Positions 32,901 through 42,404 of a stretch of DNA of 64,000 nucleotides are shown here, piece after piece. The stretch's first letter is position 1. Each line of letters begins with the position of its first letter. Origin of the DNA: Actinomycetes bacterium (GTDB taxonomy: Bacteria; Actinomycetota; Thermoleophilia; UBA2241); assembly GCA_029547745.1 (NCBI GenBank), contig JAKPOQ010000061.1, positions 18,399 to 82,398 of the forward strand, given 5' to 3'. The notes beneath the pieces are model-generated. The model ran no database searches and had not been told where the DNA came from. It saw only the letters and a list, made by a program, of their open reading frames with translations. The translations under genes and the position numbers were made by a program.

Positions 32901-34091
32901 TCAGCCCTGGCACACGGCGGTCGCGCCGCGTCCCTCGCCGGCGATGAACTCCTCGGTCAGGCGACGGCACTCGTCGTCCGGATGCTGGACCGGCGGCGAC
33001 TTCATGAAGTACGAGCTCGGTCCCTCGAGCGAGCCGCTCATGCCGCGGTCGAGGGCGATCTTCGCGCAGCGCACGGCGTCGATGACGATGCCGGCCGAGT
33101 TGGGCGAGTCGACCACCTCGAGCTTGAGCTCGATGTTGAGAGGCACGTCGCCGAACGTGCGGCCCTCCATGCGGATATAGGCCCACTTGCGGTCTTCGAG
33201 CCACTCGACGTAGTCGCTGGGACCGATGTGGACGTTCTTCGCGCCCATGTCGTAGTCGAGCTGGCTGGTGACGGCGTTGGTCTTGGAGATCTTCTTCGAC
33301 TCGAGCCGTTCGCGTTCGAGCATGTTCAGGAAGTCGGTGTTGCCGCCGACGTTGAGCTGGCTCGTCCGCTCGAGGCGTACGCCGCGCTCGCGCATGAGGC
33401 GCGTCAGCACGCGATGGACGATGGTCGCCCCGACCTGGCTCTTGATGTCGTCGCCGATGATCGGCACGCCGGCCTCGGTGAACCGGCGCTGCCAGTACGC
33501 CTCGCGGGAGATGAACACGGGGATGCAGTTCACCATGGCGCAGCCGGCGGTGAGGATCTGCTCCGTGTACCACTTCGTCGCCTCTTCGCTGCCCACCGGC
33601 AAGTAGTTGACGACGACGTCCGTCTGCGTGTCCTTGAGGATGCCGACGATGTCGTCGGTCTTGCCGGGAGCCTTCTCGATGATCTGCGAGAGGTACTTGC
33701 CGAGACCGTCGTGGGTCATCCCGCGAGCGACCGTCACCCCCGTCGCCGGCACGTCGCAGAAGCGCGTCGTGCAGTTCGGCTTCGTGTAGATCGCTTCGGC
33801 AAGGTCCTTGCCCACCTTGTTCTTGTCGATGTCGATCGCAGCGACGAACTCGATATCTTTGACGTGGTAACCCCCGACCACGGGGTGCATGAGCCCCGGC
33901 ACGAAGTCGGACTTCTTCGCGTTCTTGTAGAACTCGACGCCTTGTACGAACGACGAGGCGCAGTTCCCGACGCCGATGATCGCGACGCGTACTGGATTGG
34001 CCAAGGTCGGTCTACCTCCACGGGGGCCGGCGGCCTGCCGGCCGGTCAGGTCCACACGCCGCGGTCCCGACGTGCCGAAGACCGGGCGCAA
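32901..34091 (-). CDS. ino1: myo-Inositol-1-phosphate synthase (actinobacterial/archaeal short type)
   Basis: [25 protein letters not shown]-binding start, LxSxT.. catalytic region. ~370 aa from the plausible start. Confidence 0.85.
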   Translation of the reverse strand: MRPVFGTSGPRRVDLTGRQAAGPRGGRPTLANPVRVAIIGVGNCASSFVQGVEFYKNAKKSDFVPGLMHPVVGGYHVKDIEFVAAIDIDKNKVGKDLAEAIYTKPNCTTRFCDVPATGVTVARGMTHDGLGKYLSQIIEKAPGKTDDIVGILKDTQTDVVVNYLPVGSEEATKWYTEQILTAGCAMVNCIPVFISREAYWQRRFTEAGVPIIGDDIKSQVGATIVHRVLTRLMRERGVRLERTSQLNVGGNTDFLNMLERERLESKKISKTNAVTSQLDYDMGAKNVHIGPSDYVEWLEDRKWAYIRMEGRTFGDVPLNIELKLEVVDSPNSAGIVIDAVRCAKIALDRGMSGSLEGPSSYFMKSPPVQHPDDECRRLTEEFIAGEGRGATAVCQG

Positions 34092-34171
34092 AAATCGCGG
34101 GCGAGTATATCACGGGCCGCCGGCCGGCCCGGCCGCAGGTGGCCTCACCGGCCGCCCCGGCCACAGGCGAC

Positions 34172-34807
34172 TCAGGTCGACGAAGACTGCTCGCGTTCCG
34201 CAGCCCGGAGACGACTCATGACGTAGGTCAGCCGGCGGACCACCGTGAGCGGCGTCAGGACGGCGATGGCGAGGAGCATCAGCGTGAGGACGCTCACGCC
34301 GAACGGCTCGAAGCCGGCGAACGCGAAGCCGACGAGCAGGGCGACCAGGCGCTCGGGACGCGACATGAACCCTACCGTGCAGTCGGTCCCGAGCGCCTCG
34401 GCCCGGGCCCGGGTGTACGAGACCATCAGCGCCGACCCGAGGCACACGAGCGTTGCGACGAACTCCCACATCCGGCCGCCGTCAGCCATGGCGTAAGCGA
34501 GAGCGCCGAAGACGATGATCTCGGAGATGCGGTCGAGGGTGGAATCGAGGAAGGCGCCGGAACGCGTCGGCCCGCGGCCGGCGCGCGCCACGGCGCCGTC
34601 CATCCCGTCGCAGGCCGCCGCGACGCCGAACGCGACCGCCGTCCAGAAGAAGTGCCCCTCGACGATGAGCCACCCGGCGACCACGCTGAGGGCGAGACCC
34701 GCCGCCGTCAGCATGTTCGCGCTGACGCCCATGTGCGAAAGGACCACGCCGAGCCGGTAGAACCCCCGTCGGGCACCGTTCGTATACGCCGTCTTGATGC
34801 CGGCCAT
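34172..34807 (-). CDS. CDP-alcohol phosphatidyltransferase (phosphatidylinositol-phosphate synthase-like, PgsA1/Pips family)
   Basis: D-G..AR....(S/T)..G..LD...D motif (CDGMDGAVARA..GAFLDSTLDRISE). Membrane protein adjacent to ino1. Confidence 0.75.
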   Translation of the reverse strand: MAGIKTAYTNGARRGFYRLGVVLSHMGVSANMLTAAGLALSVVAGWLIVEGHFFWTAVAFGVAAACDGMDGAVARAGRGPTRSGAFLDSTLDRISEIIVFGALAYAMADGGRMWEFVATLVCLGSALMVSYTRARAEALGTDCTVGFMSRPERLVALLVGFAFAGFEPFGVSVLTLMLLAIAVLTPLTVVRRLTYVMSRLRAAEREQSSST

Positions 34808-34859
34808 GCAGCCTCACCCGTCGCCGTCGGCGAGCCACACCGGCACCCCGGCAAGCCGC

Positions 34860-35654
34860 CTATAACTCGTAATCACGGATGGTCAGGATGCGTTCGCGCT
34901 GGATCTCGGCGGCCGGCATGCGCACCGCCACCACCCAAGCCACGAGGACGGCCACGCCACCCATGACGGCGTCAAGGATGAAGTGGTTGCCGGTGACGAC
35001 GATGGCGAGGAAGCACACGGTCGGATAGATGAAGGCCGCGCGACGCAGCCACAGCGGCCGGACGAGCATGTACAGGCACAGGGCGACGAACAACGCATAG
35101 GCGAAATGCAGGCTGGGCATTGCCGCGTACGGGTTGGCGAAGATGCTCGGCGCCGTCGCGAAGGCCACGTCGTCCCGGTACAGATACGCCATGTCGACCA
35201 CACCCGACCACGACAACATCCGTGGCGGCGCCGTCGGCACGAGCGTGTACCCGATGAGGCCGATGAGGTTGAGCGAGAGAAACCAGTTGCGGAACAGCGG
35301 CCACACGTCGCGGTGGCGCATGAACACCCACGAAAGACAGACGACGATCACCGGCAGATGGACCTCCTGGTAGAACCAGATCATGGCCTGCATGAGGGGT
35401 TCAAAGCCGCTGAACCGGGCCTGGAGCCAGGGCTCGACGTAGATGCCGAGGGCGCGTTCGGCGCGCACCACGGCGTCGGCGTTCGCGAAGGCCGCGTCCT
35501 CCTGTCCCTGCGCGACGGCGCGCGTGATGCGGTACAGGTAGTACAGCGCGTACATGATGGAGAACTGGACGAGGACGTCGCGACCGCCCCGCGGAGCGGT
35601 CGCGGCCATGAAGTCGCGCGCCAGACGCCGCACACCGGTCCACACACGTGTCAT
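34860..35654 (-). CDS. PAP2-superfamily membrane protein (PAP2_C / Aur1-like inositol-phosphotransferase or lipid phosphatase)
   Basis: Polytopic protein with PSLHFAYAL and GNHFILDAV motifs matching the acid-phosphatase motifs 2-3. Confidence 0.55.
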   Translation of the reverse strand: MTRVWTGVRRLARDFMAATAPRGGRDVLVQFSIMYALYYLYRITRAVAQGQEDAAFANADAVVRAERALGIYVEPWLQARFSGFEPLMQAMIWFYQEVHLPVIVVCLSWVFMRHRDVWPLFRNWFLSLNLIGLIGYTLVPTAPPRMLSWSGVVDMAYLYRDDVAFATAPSIFANPYAAMPSLHFAYALFVALCLYMLVRPLWLRRAAFIYPTVCFLAIVVTGNHFILDAVMGGVAVLVAWVVAVRMPAAEIQRERILTIRDYEL

Positions 35655-35765
35655 CGTTGCACCCGATCCGTCAGGAAGACGAGGGGCGTCTTCGTGCGCC
35701 CCGATTCACTGGAACGATACCAAGGACGAACGACTCGAACAACAGCCTGACGTTGAGAAGAGGGC

Positions 35766-35841
35766 TGGTGGGCCGTGAAGGATTCGAACCTTCGACCTTG
35801 GGATTAAGAGTCCCCTGCTCTACCAGCTAAGCTAACGGCCC
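35766..35841 (-). tRNA. tRNA-Lys (anticodon CUU)
   Basis: The reverse complement GGGCCGTTAGCTTAGCTGGTAGAGCAGGGGACTCTTAATCCCAAGGTCGAAGGTTCGAATCCTTCACGGCCCACCA folds as a cloverleaf with anticodon loop CTCTTAA. Confidence 0.85.
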
Positions 35842-35947
35842 AGAGTCGAGAGGTGACTTTAGCAGCCTCGCGACGACCTGCCAAACCCGCGGCCGCTGTA
35901 GACGTTCACGCCTGCGAACATCGCCGGGCGCGTTCCCGCGATGGTCC

Positions 35948-36184
35948 TCAGCCGTCGCCGGGACGCGCGCCGGCGATGGTGTATCCCTGTTCCTCGATGG
36001 CGCTCGCGATGCGCTGACGATCGATGCTCGCACCGTCGAAGACCACGTCGACGTTCCTCGCCGCGACGTCGACCCTCACGGACTCGACGCCGTCCAGCTT
36101 CGTCACGGCGTCCTCGATTGCCATCTTGCAGTGGACGCAACTGATATCGGGCACGTCGAACACCACGCGCTCAGTCCCGTTCAT
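35948..36184 (-). CDS. copZ: Heavy-metal-associated (HMA) copper chaperone
   Basis: 78 aa with an MxCxxC-type motif (ISCVHC) in a ferredoxin-like fold. Confidence 0.8.
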   Translation of the reverse strand: MNGTERVVFDVPDISCVHCKMAIEDAVTKLDGVESVRVDVAARNVDVVFDGASIDRQRIASAIEEQGYTIAGARPGDG

Positions 36185-36993
36185 GACCGCTCCTCCTTGC
36201 CACCCTCCGGCCCGAGCTCGGAAAGTCTGTAGGTCGCCGTCCGCCCCTCCCCCAGGTCGACGACCACGCTCTCAGCCGGAGCGAGGAGCTCGATCACCCT
36301 TCCTTCCCCGACCGGCGTCGTCACGACCGTACCGCGGCGCGGGGCGCACTGGCGGAAGGAGACGTAGGCGGCATGCTCGTACTTGAGGCAGCACATGAGC
36401 CTGCCGCAACACCCGGAGATCTTGCTCGGGTTGAGCGGCAGGCTCTGGTCCTTGGCCATGCGGATCGAGACGGGTTGCTGGTCGCCGGCGAACGTCGCGC
36501 AGCAGAGGCTGCGTCCACAGGGGCCGTAGCCGCCCACACTCCGCGCCTCGTCGCGAGCCCCGACCTGCTTGAGCTCGACGCGCCGCCCGAGGCGGTCACT
36601 CAACTTCACGACGAGCCGGCGGAAGTCGACACGATCCTCGGCGAAGAACGTCACCGTGAGCTTGCCGCCCTCGAACGATTGCTCGGCGCCGACGACCTTC
36701 ATGTCGAGACCGAGCTCACGAGCGAGCTCACGGCACGCCGCCTTGGCTTCGTCCTCGGCGGCGCAGTTGGCGGCGAGACGTTCCAGGTCGGCCGCAGTCG
36801 CGCGGCGGCGGACCTTCTTGAGCCCGCCGGGCGGCCCCTCGTCGCCGTGCGTCACCCTGACGACGGTGCCCAGATCGGCGCCCCGCGCAGTCTCGACGAC
36901 GACCTTGTCGCCGGGACTGAGCTCGAGACCGCCGGCGTCGAACTCATACACCTTGCCGCCGCCGCGGAACACGACGCTCGCGATGTCAGGCAC
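36181..36993 (-). CDS. PSP1 C-terminal domain protein (YaaT/RicT-like)
   Basis: GCCGRLMCCLKYE cysteine motif. Conserved position downstream of holB as in Firmicutes/Actinobacteria. Confidence 0.8.
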   Translation of the reverse strand: MPDIASVVFRGGGKVYEFDAGGLELSPGDKVVVETARGADLGTVVRVTHGDEGPPGGLKKVRRRATAADLERLAANCAAEDEAKAACRELARELGLDMKVVGAEQSFEGGKLTVTFFAEDRVDFRRLVVKLSDRLGRRVELKQVGARDEARSVGGYGPCGRSLCCATFAGDQQPVSIRMAKDQSLPLNPSKISGCCGRLMCCLKYEHAAYVSFRQCAPRRGTVVTTPVGEGRVIELLAPAESVVVDLGEGRTATYRLSELGPEGGKEERS

Positions 36994-38122
36994 TGCGTGC
37001 CACCTCCTCGAAGCGCGCGAACATGCCTTGCAGCGCGAGCTTCTGATCGACGTTCAGGTAAAGGTCCTTGCGCGTCGCGGCGGCGGTGGCGAGCATCCTT
37101 GCATACTGTTCCGGCCGCACGTCCGCCGCTGCGGACAACTCCGCCGCATGGTCGCAGTTGAGGACGGCGTCGCCGGCGTCGCAGGCCGTCACCAGCAGGT
37201 CCCGGACCCAGGCCACGACCATGTCGAGCGCGTCGAGCGCCGCCTGTCGTGACCGCCTGTCACGCTCGCGCCTGGTGAAAACCTCGGCGCGCTTTCGATG
37301 CCAGTTGCGCGTCTTCTCGTCGGCGAACTGGGCGTCGAGCTCGGCGAGGCGGCGCTCAAGATCGGCCTGCGTCTCGTCGGCGATGGCTCTGGTGCGCGCC
37401 TCGAGGACGCCGAGGAACGCCGCCACGGGACGCTTCTCAGGCGTGCCGTCCTCCCCACCGTCGAACAGGCGGCTCACGTGATGCAGGTACTGGTCGCGCA
37501 GGTGGGCGCCGCGCGCGTCCGCGGCGAAGCGCGCGGCCCGCTCGAACGACCCGCGCGCAAGGCGTGCCAGCGCGCGGCCCTCCTCCCCACCCAGCCCCTG
37601 GACATCGCGGAGATAGGCCTCGACCTCGGCGTCTGAGAGCGGGTGGAACTCGACGACCTGGCAGCGCGACACGATCGTCGGCAGCACACGCTCGATGCGA
37701 TCGGTCACGAGCAGGAAGTGCACGTGCGCGGGAGGCTCCTCGATGCTCTTCAGGAGCTTGTTCGCCGCCTCCGGCATGAGCTGCTCGGCCTCGGGCAGCA
37801 CCCATACGCGACGCTCTGCAGTGAACGGCTTGAGCGCGAGCTCGGCGACGAGCGGCTCGACTTGCTCGAGCCTGACGCGTTCGCCCTCGCGCTCGATCAC
37901 GCGCAGGTCGGGGTGGACGCCGCGCCGCGCCCGTTCGCACTCGGCGCATGTCCCGCACCCGCCGCACGAGGCGACGAGGGCGACGCCGACCTCGCGCGCG
38001 AACTGGACCTTCCCCAGGCCCTCCGGACCGGTGAGCAGGTAGGCGTGGCTGACGGCACCCTCATCCAGAGCGCGACGGAACAGCGCCTTGGCCCGCTCCT
38101 GGCCGGGGATGCCGTCAAACAC
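36986..38122 (-). CDS. holB: DNA polymerase III delta' subunit
   Basis: AAA+ clamp-loader fold: HAYLLTGPEGLGK Walker A, Zn module CGGCGTCAEC, SRC motif (TIVSRCQVVEF). Confidence 0.8.
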   Translation of the reverse strand: MFDGIPGQERAKALFRRALDEGAVSHAYLLTGPEGLGKVQFAREVGVALVASCGGCGTCAECERARRGVHPDLRVIEREGERVRLEQVEPLVAELALKPFTAERRVWVLPEAEQLMPEAANKLLKSIEEPPAHVHFLLVTDRIERVLPTIVSRCQVVEFHPLSDAEVEAYLRDVQGLGGEEGRALARLARGSFERAARFAADARGAHLRDQYLHHVSRLFDGGEDGTPEKRPVAAFLGVLEARTRAIADETQADLERRLAELDAQFADEKTRNWHRKRAEVFTRRERDRRSRQAALDALDMVVAWVRDLLVTACDAGDAVLNCDHAAELSAAADVRPEQYARMLATAAATRKDLYLNVDQKLALQGMFARFEEVARSA

Positions 38123-38804
38123 CGCGACCCTCCACGAGCGGCGCCACCAGCGCCGTCACGTCGGCGGCCACAGCGGCGACCGGACGCTCACCGTCCACCA
38201 GGCGGATCCTCTGGGGAAAGCGGCGCGCCAGCTCGGCGAAGCCGTCGGCCACGCGCCGCTGCAGCGCGATGCCCTCGCGCTCGATGCGGTCGCGCACACC
38301 CGTCGCGCGCCCGAGACCGGTCGCCGGGGCGACGGCGAGCACGACCGTGAGGGCAGGCATGGCGTCGCCGACCGCTGGAGCATTGACGGCGAGCACAGCG
38401 TCGATGCCCAGCCCGCGGGCGTACCCCTGATAGGCGAGCGACGAGTCGATGTACCGGTCGAGCACGAGCACGCGACCCGCGGCGAGACCGGGGCGCAGGA
38501 CGCGGGCCACGAGCTCGGCCCTCGCCGCGGCGTAGAGCATAGTCTCGGTCCAGGGAGCGAGAGAGTCGGGGCCGTGGAGGAGGATGTCGCGCACAGCCTC
38601 CCCGGCCGGCGTGCCGCCGGGCTCACGCAGCACGGTGCCCGGCGCCCCCGCCGGCCCCACGGGCAGGCCGCGCGCGACGAGCGCCTCGCACAGCAGAGCG
38701 GCCTGCGTCGACTTGCCGCAACCGTCGATGCCTTCGATGGTGATGAGTACGCCGTCGCCCACCGTCAGGCGACCTCCCCGAAGCGCGTCCGCCGCCCCGG
38801 TGAC
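38115..38804 (-). CDS. tmk: Thymidylate kinase
   Basis: P-loop IEGIDGCGKST, LID/DRY region (LDRYIDSSLAYQG). The start was trimmed to GTG at 38802-38804; the ORF-track N-extension overlaps topA and is R-rich junk. Confidence 0.75.
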   Translation of the reverse strand, partial: VTGAADALRGGRLTVGDGVLITIEGIDGCGKSTQAALLCEALVARGLPVGPAGAPGTVLREPGGTPAGEAVRDILLHGPDSLAPWTETMLYAAARAELVARVLRPGLAAGRVLVLDRYIDSSLAYQGYARGLGIDAVLAVNAPAVGDAMPALTVVLAVAPATGLGRATGVRDRIEREGIALQRRVADGFAELARRFPQRIRLVDGERPVAAVAADVTALVAPLVEGRGV

Positions 38805-38811
38805 GACGTCG

Positions 38812-41190
38812 TCAGGAGCGCTTGCGGGTCCGCGCGCGGTACTTCTCTTTGCTGGGACAATCGATATCGATGCAGAGCACCCACGGACGACCGCGGCCGC
38901 TCGCACCAGTGACCTTGATCTCCGGCCACCCGCACTCTGGGCAGGTCCTTCCGGTCGGCACGATGGTACCACGCTGGGGAAGCGGGAACGTCTGTCCGCA
39001 CCCGCGCCGCGGCCGCGCGGCCGGCGTACCCGCACCTTCGCCATCGCCGGCCGCTCGTGTCGTCGCGCCTGCCCCTTCGCCGGCCGCCGGCACCCGCGCG
39101 CTCTCCGTCCGGTCGGTGCCCGGCACCCCCGCCGCGCTGCGCGCCCCTTCTTCCGGCGCGTGGGCGCCGTCATCCGCGGGACCGACGCAGGCCGCGAAGC
39201 GCTTACCCGTCTTGCCCCTCAACACGCGCACCTGTCCGCCGCAGTTCTTGCACACGCCGAGGGTGAGGTCTTCGCGGGCCCCGCTCCGGATGCGCTCGCG
39301 GATCTGCTCGATGTGGCCGTCGAGGAGCTTCCACGCCTGCTCGAGCATGCGCTGACTCTCGGCCACCACCTCCTCGCGACGCAACTCGCCCTCGCTGATG
39401 CGGTCCATCTCGCGCTCGAGCTCCGCGGTCATGTCGCTGGACGAGATGTCGAGCGGAGCCTCCTTCATGGCGACGTCGAAGGCCGCGATGAGGGCGAGAC
39501 CGAGTTCGGTCGGTTCGACCGGGTTGTCGCGGACGTAGTTGCGGTCGTAGAGGTGCTGGATGATGTCGGGGCGCGTCGCCTTGGTGCCGAGGCCGAGCTC
39601 CTCCATCTTCTCGATCAGCGGGCCCTGGCCATAGCGGGCGGGAGGCTGTGTCTCTTTGGCCTCGGAACGCACCCCGAGCACCTCGAGCTCGTCGCCGGGG
39701 GAGAGGGGCGGCAGCGGCTTGTCGCGCTTCGCCGCGTAGCGCTCGTAGACTTCGAGGAAGCCGGGCTGAGCGACACGACTGCCACGCGCCAGATAGGGCT
39801 GCCGACCGATGCGCACGTCAAGGCGCTGTCCTTCGACGACCGCGCCCGGCAGGAGCGTCGCGAGAAAGCGTCGGGCGACCAGGTCGTAGACCTTCGCCTG
39901 GTCGCCCGTCAGCTCGCGTCGCGGCGCCCCGACCGGGTGGATCGGCGGATGGTCGGTCGTGCGCTTCTTGCCCCGCGTCGGCGTGAGCTTGCCGGCGCCC
40001 GCCAGCCTTGCCGCCACCCCAGCCACGGGGGCATGGTCGACGAGGGCGCGCAGACTCGCGCGCAGGTCGAGCGATGCCGGATACACCGTGTTGTCGGTCC
40101 GCGGATAGCTGATCAGCCCCTCGAGGTACAACGACTCGGCGGCGCGCATCGCCCGCGCGGGAGCGACACCGACACCGGAGGCCGCGCTCATGAGCGCCGT
40201 CGTGTTGAAAGGCACAGGTGGCGCTACGGTACGCGGCTTGGCCTCGTAGTTCGTGACGACGGCCATATCGTCTTGCGACTCCGCGAGCGCAGATGCCGCC
40301 TCCGCCTCGTTGTCGAAGCGGCCGTGAGCGTGCGCGACTTCGAGCTCGTCGCCGTCGTGGCGGAGAAGCGCCTTGACCTCCCAGTACGGGACGGGGACGA
40401 ACGCGCGCCGCTCGAGCTCGCGATCGACGACCAGCCTCAGGGTCGGCGTCTGCACGCGGCCCACGGAGAGGTAGTCGGACCCGTAGCGGTAAGACGCGAG
40501 CGACATGAAGCGTGTGAGGACCGCGCCCCAGATGAGGTCGATGTCTTGCCTCGTGTGGGCGGCCTCGGCGAGGTTGAAGTCCACGGTCGTGGGCTTGGCG
40601 AACGCGCCCTTGACCTCGGCGGGTGTGAGCGCCGAGTAGCGGGCGCGGCGATGCCGGTCGACGACCTTGGCCGGCAGCATCGCCTTGATCAGGTCGCCCG
40701 GCTCGCCGTCTTGCGCGGCGACGTCATCGCTCGCCGCGGCCGGTCGGCGCGCCCTCTTCCCCTTCTCCGTCCCGTCGTGCGGATGACGTCTGTGCGCGTC
40801 ACCGCGCAAGATGGTGAGCGCCTCGTGACCGATGAGCTCGCCCTCACGGTCATAGTCGGTGGCGATGTAGAGCTCGTCCGCCCCCTTGGCGGCGGCGCGC
40901 AGCGCGGCGAGCGTGGTCGCGGCGCCGCCGTCCACGACCCAGGCGAGGTCGGGCTCGCGGATCATCCGCTCCAGGTGTTTCAGGCTCCAGCGCTTGTACC
41001 TGTCGGGGAACACGCTCTGCATGACATGGCCCCGCAGGCCGATAGCCGTCGCCGGCGCGCCGTCCCAGTCGAAGGAGTACGAGCGCACCTTTTGGCGACC
41101 GCGCCCGTGTTCGTGCACGGCGACCTGGCCGCCGAGGATGTCGGCGATCTTGCGCGCCGCGGAGTCTTTCTCTGTGACGATGAGCTTCAT
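38812..41190 (-). CDS. topA: DNA topoisomerase I
   Basis: Toprim start MKLIVTEKDSAARKIADILGG, catalytic-Tyr region, C-terminal Zn-ribbon (CPECGW..) and a basic tail. Start MKLIV is at ~41190. Confidence 0.9.
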   Translation of the reverse strand: MKLIVTEKDSAARKIADILGGQVAVHEHGRGRQKVRSYSFDWDGAPATAIGLRGHVMQSVFPDRYKRWSLKHLERMIREPDLAWVVDGGAATTLAALRAAAKGADELYIATDYDREGELIGHEALTILRGDAHRRHPHDGTEKGKRARRPAAASDDVAAQDGEPGDLIKAMLPAKVVDRHRRARYSALTPAEVKGAFAKPTTVDFNLAEAAHTRQDIDLIWGAVLTRFMSLASYRYGSDYLSVGRVQTPTLRLVVDRELERRAFVPVPYWEVKALLRHDGDELEVAHAHGRFDNEAEAASALAESQDDMAVVTNYEAKPRTVAPPVPFNTTALMSAASGVGVAPARAMRAAESLYLEGLISYPRTDNTVYPASLDLRASLRALVDHAPVAGVAARLAGAGKLTPTRGKKRTTDHPPIHPVGAPRRELTGDQAKVYDLVARRFLATLLPGAVVEGQRLDVRIGRQPYLARGSRVAQPGFLEVYERYAAKRDKPLPPLSPGDELEVLGVRSEAKETQPPARYGQGPLIEKMEELGLGTKATRPDIIQHLYDRNYVRDNPVEPTELGLALIAAFDVAMKEAPLDISSSDMTAELEREMDRISEGELRREEVVAESQRMLEQAWKLLDGHIEQIRERIRSGAREDLTLGVCKNCGGQVRVLRGKTGKRFAACVGPADDGAHAPEEGARSAAGVPGTDRTESARVPAAGEGAGATTRAAGDGEGAGTPAARPRRGCGQTFPLPQRGTIVPTGRTCPECGWPEIKVTGASGRGRPWVLCIDIDCPSKEKYRARTRKRS

Positions 41191-41370
41191 ACCGTTCTGA
41201 GTCGTGGCCCATGTTCCCGGCGAGTCGTCGTTCGACACGCGGGAGACCGGCGTCGCGTGGTGATACCACACGGCGCCGGTCTGGTCGAGATGACGATCGC
41301 CGGGATCGCCGCGTCGCCCGCCGGCGTACCACCTGTGCCGCCGTCGACGCGGTCTGCGTTCCGCGGCACC

Positions 41371-41757
41371 TCAGCCCAAGGCGGCGACGGCCGCGTCGCG
41401 CGTCGCGTGGATCGTGAACACCCGATCCAGACCGGTGAGCGTCAGCACGCGCTCGACGGGGCGCGTGGCGACGACGAGCGCCATGCGCCCGTCGGTCTCG
41501 CGAAGACGGCGTACGCCCCCGATGAGCACGCCGAGGGCCGTCGAGTCGATGAAGGTGACGTCGGTGAGGTCGACCACGACTTCCGTCGCGCCGTCGTCGA
41601 TGAGCTTGACGAGTTGCTCCTTGAGGCGCGGAGCCGTGTAGATGTCGACCTCGCCCCGGACGTTCACGAGGCCGCGTCGAGGGCCGAGCGACTGCGCGGC
41701 GACGGCGAACTCGACGCTCACTGCGCCGACGCTCCAGGCGAGTGCTCTTCGATCCAC
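41371..41757 (-). CDS. STAS-domain anti-sigma-factor antagonist
   Basis: VDLTDVTFIDSTALGVLIGG motif; ~110-120 aa. Confidence 0.7.
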   Translation of the reverse strand: MDRRALAWSVGAVSVEFAVAAQSLGPRRGLVNVRGEVDIYTAPRLKEQLVKLIDDGATEVVVDLTDVTFIDSTALGVLIGGVRRLRETDGRMALVVATRPVERVLTLTGLDRVFTIHATRDAAVAALG

Positions 41758-42404
41758 CGCCGCACCTGGTCCGCCTGTGGGGAATCGGGGGCGAGCTCCA
41801 AGTAGCGACCGAAGGCGAGCAACGCCGTGTCGGTGTCGTCGGCGCTGATCGCCACCCGTCCCATGTCGTAGAAGTACTCGGCGTCGTTCGGCCGTAGCGC
41901 CGTGATGCGGCCGTACACGTTCGTCACACGCTCGTAGTCGCCGAGCATGAGGTAGACCTTGGCGAGGTCGACGAGGGCGGCGACCTGGCGGCGTTCGGCC
42001 TGCTTCACCTCGGCCTTCGTCCCCTTCGTGCGCGCCAGCTTCTTGATGTACGCCTCGTACGCCGCCGCTGCCGCCTCGAGATCGGAGGTCCGACCCGCCG
42101 AGCCCTCGGCTTGCTGGTTCGCGCGGCGGACGTACGACTCGGCAAGTTGGAGGCGCGCCTCGAGGTCGCCTGGAGACGCCGTGATCCGCCTCTCTAAAGC
42201 GGCGATGCGTTCATCGAGTGTCGAAGTCGCCTGCTGTTCGCCGGTGCAGCCGACCCATCGGCTGACGGGGATGCTGACGAGCCACAGGGCCATGAGGATG
42301 GCCATGATGCCGAACACCCACTTCTGCCAGAACTTGACCCTCCTGCGGTCGAGGAGCACGCGACCTACCTCTCCCGTCCTGATGTGACCGGCGCGGGGCG
42401 CCAC
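41718..42404 (-). CDS. TPR-repeat protein with an N-terminal transmembrane anchor
   Basis: N-terminal hydrophobic helix followed by TPR-like repeats (LAKVYLMLGDYERV.., YFYDMGRVAISADD..). Confidence 0.6.
   Translation of the reverse strand: MAPRAGHIRTGEVGRVLLDRRRVKFWQKWVFGIMAILMALWLVSIPVSRWVGCTGEQQATSTLDERIAALERRITASPGDLEARLQLAESYVRRANQQAEGSAGRTSDLEAAAAAYEAYIKKLARTKGTKAEVKQAERRQVAALVDLAKVYLMLGDYERVTNVYGRITALRPNDAEYFYDMGRVAISADDTDTALLAFGRYLELAPDSPQADQVRRWIEEHSPGASAQ

Noticed and set aside
38584-41805. 1073-aa forward ORF
   Set aside because: It is antisense to topA and tmk, which have clear motifs, with no domain signal of its own.
42190-42210. CTCTAAA motif (the anticodon-loop sequence of tRNA-Pyl) at 42196-42202, considered as a possible pylT
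   Set aside because: The surrounding sequence cannot be folded into acceptor/D/T arms, it lies inside the TPR-protein coding frame on the opposite strand, and no pylS-like gene is adjacent. It is most likely coincidental.
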